Below are positions 58,001 through 59,620 of a stretch of DNA of 59,620 nt, piece by piece; the stretch's first letter is position 1, and each line of letters opens with the position of its first letter. Below the pieces are notes generated by a model that searched no databases, was not told where the DNA came from, and saw only the letters and a program-made list of their open reading frames with translations. The DNA comes from a virus. Taxonomy: Duplodnaviria; Caudoviricetes. The stretch spans positions 1-59,620 of the IMG/VR virus record IMGVR_UViG_3300009507_000020. One strand, written 5' to 3'. A program made the position numbers and the translations under genes.

Positions 58001-59620
58001 AATCCTGGCGAGAACTATACAGGTAACTACACTGGTGCTCCCGCAGAGAACTATGTAGGATCATATGCACGTACACAACTACAACCATACGTAGGGTCAT
58101 ATGTCCGTGATGCACAACAATCTTATACCGGTAGTTACGCTCGTTCTGCACAAGAAACATACACCGGTAATTATGCACGTGTTCAAATACAACCATATAC
58201 AGGTAACTACACAGGTGCACCCGCAGAAAACTATGTTGGTTCCTATTCACGTACACAAATTGATACCTATGCAGGCAACTATGCAGGTGCTCCCGCAGAG
58301 AACTATGCTGGTAACTATACACGTATTGCAGCAGAGACCTATACCGGTAACTATACACGTGATCAAGTCGATACGTACGGCGGTAACTATGCCGGTGGAG
58401 TACAAGAAACATACACGGGTAACTATGCACGTGATCAGGTAGACACTTACACTGGCGATTATGCGGGTTCTCCTGCCGAGAACTATGTAGGTAGTTATGT
58501 CCGTGATGCACAACAAGGATATACTGGATCTTATGTGGGTGTTATTAGTGAAACATACACCGGAAACTATGACCGCGCTGCACAAGAGACTTATACCGGT
58601 AACTACACACGTACTCAAGAAGAGGGTTACACTGGTAGTTACGACCGTACTGAGAATCAATCCTACACGGGTAATTATGTACGTGCTTCACAAGAGACAT
58701 ACGCTGGTAACTATACACGGGAACAAGTAGAATCCTACACGGGTGACTACACAGGTGCACCCGCAGAAAACTATGTTGGTTCATATGCACGTACTCAAGT
58801 AACACCTTATACTGGTACCTATCAGGGAGTTGTTGCAGAAAACTTCACCGGAGACTATACTGGTGCGGTGGACGAAACGTATGTTGGTAACTATGCAGGT
58901 ACTGTTTCTGTTCAGTTTGCTGGTCAGTACGAAGGCGCGGTTCAAGAAAGTTATACAGGATCGTACGAACGTGATGACGCGGCTGCTTACGGTGGTAACT
59001 ATGTAGGTGTCGTTTCAGAGAGTTACACTGGTAGTTATGCCCGTACACAGATTCAAACCTATACTGGTAACTACACACGTATTCAAGCAGAGAATTATGC
59101 GGGTAACTACGAACGAACCCAAGAACAGGGGTTCACTGGTGACTACGAGAGAACTCAGGTTGAAAACTATGTTGGTAACTACCAGAGAACTCAAGCAGAG
59201 AATTATGTAGGTAACTATGTACGTATTCAAGCAGAGAATTATGTAGGTAGTTATTCACGCACCCAAGCAGAGAATTATGTTGGTAACTACACTGCGGACG
59301 CACTAGAAACGTACACTGGTGATTATACTGGTTCTCCTGCCGAGAACTATACTGGTGAATATACTGGTGCACCCGTAGAAAACTACTCAGGGAACTATAC
59401 TGGTGCGCCTGGCGAGAACTATACGGGTAACTATACTCGTGTTGACGGAACTCAGTTTACTGGTAACTATACTCGTATTCAATCAGAGGGTTATACTGGC
59501 AACTATGAACGTGATCAAACCGATGTCTATACCGGTAACTATACTCGTGATCAAGTAGATACCTTTACCGGTAGTTATACACGTGACTCCGGAGAAACAT
59601 TCACTGGTGACTACGCGAGA
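49085..59620 (+). CDS. giant Tyr/Thr/Gly repeat virion fibre-like protein, 3'-truncated (at least 3512 aa), not in ORF track
   Basis: Hand-translated frame from ATG 49085 (MSYRPLKSLSGGELQEF...) has no stop up to the last codon (...ETFTGDYAR). Confidence 0.93.
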   Translation, partial: MSYRPLKSLSGGELQEFTLADEDSIAYQAGLHLAGMDSSDTSALSRYDQGSELVGTFNNTFFDETSNDDPLVLSTEFQVVSTSNVTNGVHTITSSGGGLPQTVYIGDTLELNIVLNATEVNGGGFETISVNATTAGSATFTETINGTPAPTVIAGDGSITWQDFVDPTLSGEYRGIYRYTLTSTGSINISVQSNTVDQNNSTNAADLAVTLPTIEVQETRPPSSVETETDLFQSPAADLPTGVLKRNPIYWQTQPQGLKEMSDAELDILCTKFARKIVNNELPGTFRLSDGSPGSGYFKFIENMFTDTRGDGTNNYYHIWMKGSSTPIPADRKPMSIFRYNGVFAGLKQMSDPEIQYTFGERVKQLIMTTGIGQYQLRSSSQGTPTSLGTWAARGTALDTRRTFIDDPGYTGQAPFDTNYTGSYTPDYNTTFVGNYEQNYSSEFVGNYIGSFISLYTGDYAEGYTGAYESDFAKNYSGNFEKTYVDNVYSGNFTLGYTGDYTGADVTEQFSNVYTGTDVSENYSSIYVEEEYTGNYGSDYTGEYEGDFSSTFLANYADQEYISDYEAIFTGDYQSIYTSQYTGEYEALLYETSYSEDFVTNYLTDFVRDYTGNYTGDYERTDVTTFTGEYAGDTQETYTGDYTGTIVELYTGEYVRQISETYTGEYGRVDEELYTGDYEGDITETYTGDYTRETPVVYTGDYERADPEVYTGNYNSAIEEQYTGDYERTQEDSYTGLYSGDIQEDYTGDYEREDDEIYEGQYVREIPENYTGEYTSEIIEIYSGNYERTQVDTYTGDYERADPDTFTGEYGRIDETSYTGDYERADSTLFAGAYEGDVLEPYTGEYGGTILETYSGDYTGEVPEEYIGSYIGLNQRTFSGNYTGIPTEQYTGIYSGGVSETYSSLYTGEALEDYSGDYTGEALEDYTGDYTGEIAEDYTGEYESQIAEDYTGDYEGIIDETYTGNYTGEISENYTAQYTGEIEEPYIGEYTGAIAENYTGPYEGIIIEPYTGEYTGEVAEGYTGDYGGEALETYTGDYTRVTLVDYSGNYERTDVENYAGNYERTQVDTYTGEYGRTTETTYTGDYERNQVDVYTGNYERVQTDGFTGDYERVQVDVYTGNYVRDDGTTFSGDYTGAPGENYSGDYTGAPAEPYSGDYERADPTNFTGDYGGDVVENYTGSYTRTQADSYSGNYTGAPAETYTGDYERDQTDPYTGNYTGSIEEGYTGNYDRTEIEPYTGDYIGEVLQTYTGNYNVGYVGTYVGNYTGVAIEEYTGDYTGAPVENYQGQYAGTTLETYTGNYTGVPTEPYTGGYAGDIIETYTGDYTGAPATPFTGNYTGAPGENYSGDYTGIPVEPYTGGYQGVVGENYTGNYTGSPAENYTGNYTGAPAENYTGEYTGAVAETYTGDYEGGALETYTGNYQRIQVETYSGNYTRIQADTYTGNYTRVQTDAYTGNYTRDASETYTGNYAGAVQETYTGNYEGGAAETYTGDYTGGAAEPYSGNYTGVPTESYTGPYTGQVTENYTGNYEGQVTESYSGDYAGAVQETYTGGYERSQVTPFTGNYVGEVQETYTGSYTRTTNEAYTGDFARDELEEYVSSYTRVGGASYIQAGGSYIGNITGSQLSIRHHGGSSWHVMKSGSSTITYSALYTGTVIQRITSGGTVVTEVSTTSGPVNGTFTANQGDKIVSNGPDYPIHIFVQNYGQAVVPESLAGEDFQGYMNRYEPGTLHFYSKHEARVKIFNPGNANGRGYDDQSNLLMEFEKWHSLGAGALPGFAQNGDGNSRIIDDSPKGQDIVWDVSNQDADSNADGGWNASQVSIDSTKKYRFSTWVRRKVKGNGHFYLGTRAFNSGGTVLAMPRRVAGSTTTNPYFEVNGNYNEWGGSSTEWFLVVGHVWPEGSGTGAVDTESGIYNTSGTKVDTIEQDYLWPTGTVKTYHRAFLYYSTDTTTNQQFWEPRLDDTTNPSCPSVADMISYGTWDSVVELPGGTNTVTSHTMSSTTGFFNFHSNRPIIATSEGTGSIDLSMVPPTSNVGERIYHRRAYTAGSRSNTAASGIDNGNQVSFHDSSRMSHTEIGDGAGGNNCWGLPERFMSNTYSWGQALRDYVIVMPSTGYVRISSWNGSAWTEHVTHFSSGSADSPTYILRTGNNGFNTTGSTVAGNTTNFNSNTLWKFEGTTNFYLAVNDQSDDEETLLGWQSSLEDAVYTTNQFTGNYTRDAQETYSGDYAGGVQETYTGNYTRVQTNTFAGNYTGAPAEPYTGTYEGVITEPYTGSYAGAVQEGYTGPYTGAPGENYVGSYTGVIAENYVGGYDRAAQQGYTGTYQGAVQETYTGNYARVQLQSYTGNYTGAPAENYVGSYARDQVTPYTGNYTGAPAENYVGNYTGAPAENYAGNYARTQVTPFTGDYAGDVQETYSGNYQRDQTNVYSGDYAGNPGENYVGSYGGSVQETYTGTYQGAVQETYSGNYAGGVQETYTGNYQRDQTNVYTGNYARTQVTPFTGDYARDQLQPYTGSYGGAVQETYTGNYTGAPAENYVGSYSRSAQETYTGNYAGAPVENYVGSYTRVQGTTYTGNYTGAPAENYVGSYVRDAQQGYTGTYQGVSGEAYTGDYGGTASELFTGSYVGSYVAVGNSTPAGGFVGAGGYESGGSGGTNYQGTYAGLTSGVFEGDLPGGPGEPEIYLGTSNVNYTGSYIGGETGTNTYVGPAVTYTGNFVGAAQPYNAANYVSNDGPQYTAFQHEWKVSTAGGSNNIFIYWPNGLWGTTTGTFSTTSTTINGQSFTRGSFVGFASGFVSYYLTATNVSFGATYVGGGGTYVDNFVSGTETTYNSGGATYVGNYQGAYQGTYAGGYQRIQATPFIGDYVRDSQQGYTGTYQGAVQETYTGNYARDQAAAYTGNYQGDVQETYAGNYGRTQLENYVGSYGGAVQETYTGNYARAQAENYVGSYSRSAQQAYTGNYVGVPLETYSGDYAGNPGENYTGNYTGAPAENYVGSYARTQLQPYVGSYVRDAQQSYTGSYARSAQETYTGNYARVQIQPYTGNYTGAPAENYVGSYSRTQIDTYAGNYAGAPAENYAGNYTRIAAETYTGNYTRDQVDTYGGNYAGGVQETYTGNYARDQVDTYTGDYAGSPAENYVGSYVRDAQQGYTGSYVGVISETYTGNYDRAAQETYTGNYTRTQEEGYTGSYDRTENQSYTGNYVRASQETYAGNYTREQVESYTGDYTGAPAENYVGSYARTQVTPYTGTYQGVVAENFTGDYTGAVDETYVGNYAGTVSVQFAGQYEGAVQESYTGSYERDDAAAYGGNYVGVVSESYTGSYARTQIQTYTGNYTRIQAENYAGNYERTQEQGFTGDYERTQVENYVGNYQRTQAENYVGNYVRIQAENYVGSYSRTQAENYVGNYTADALETYTGDYTGSPAENYTGEYTGAPVENYSGNYTGAPGENYTGNYTRVDGTQFTGNYTRIQSEGYTGNYERDQTDVYTGNYTRDQVDTFTGSYTRDSGETFTGDYAR
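50924..53911 (+). repeat. coding repeat block A: 83 units of 36 bp / 12 aa
   Basis: Strict 36-nt register from YTGDYERTDVTT to YVSSYTRVGGAS. Confidence 0.93.
55715..56938 (+). repeat. coding repeat block B: 34 units of 36 bp / 12 aa
   Basis: FTGNYTRDAQET ... YTGDYGGTASEL. Confidence 0.93.
57620..59620 (+). repeat. coding repeat block C: 56 units (last one partial) of 36 bp / 12 aa
   Basis: YAGGYQRIQATP ... FTGDYAR, running off the window. Confidence 0.93.

Noticed and set aside
49393-59372. Many short ORFs on both strands in the ORF track
   Set aside because: Shadow frames of the repetitive giant ORF
50924-59620. 36-bp periodicity as a CRISPR array
   Set aside because: No constant repeat plus unique spacer structure; variation is codon-wise within one open frame; no cas operon
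50924-59620. Ice-nucleation or antifreeze protein call
   Set aside because: Tyr/Gly/Thr-rich, but lacks the 16-residue AGYGST units and regular TxT ladders; the mirror complementarity argues against a parallel solenoid
55715-59620. DNA inverted repeat or RNA hairpin as the cause of the symmetry; frequent ACCGGT palindromes
   Set aside because: Both arms are same-strand direct-type repeats; ACCGGT is simply Thr-Gly codons
1-59620. tRNA, intron, intein, DGR or alternative genetic code
   Set aside because: No cloverleaf, reverse transcriptase or interrupted core gene noticed by eye; genes read normally with TAA, TAG and TGA all used as stops; a covariance-model scan was not possible

Overview
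This window is a segment of a T4-like marine myophage genome (gp2, gp4, gp5, gp6, gp8, gp25, gp26, gp32, gp33, gp48, gp51, gp53, TATAAATA late promoters). From left to right: phoH and a lysozyme; a ~13.7 kb glycan-modification island (glycosyltransferases, sulfotransferase, epimerase, two radical SAM enzymes, two methyltransferases, a HAD-nucleotidyltransferase fusion); an exonuclease; a heme oxygenase/PcyX-like bilin cassette; a zone of small unknown genes punctuated by repeated early-promoter modules; dCMP deaminase, a DenV-like glycosylase, gp33, metK and gp32; then the baseplate module with a three-part gp5. The last 10.5 kb is one uninterrupted ORF (49085 to beyond the window end, at least 3512 codons) that the ORF track missed because it has no stop in the window. 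Main finding: this protein is built of 12-residue units (Y-T-G-x-Y-x-[G/R]-x-x-x-E-x) whose position 7 is either Gly or Arg. The order of G- and R-units after a central 227-aa apex is the exact mirror-complement of the order before it: 56 of 56 visible pairs, continuing in register across a 601-aa looped-out insert. This suggests a giant self-pairing protein hairpin fibre with a base-pair-like register code, and it predicts the unit order downstream of the window. All translation and counting were done by hand; no database searches were run.
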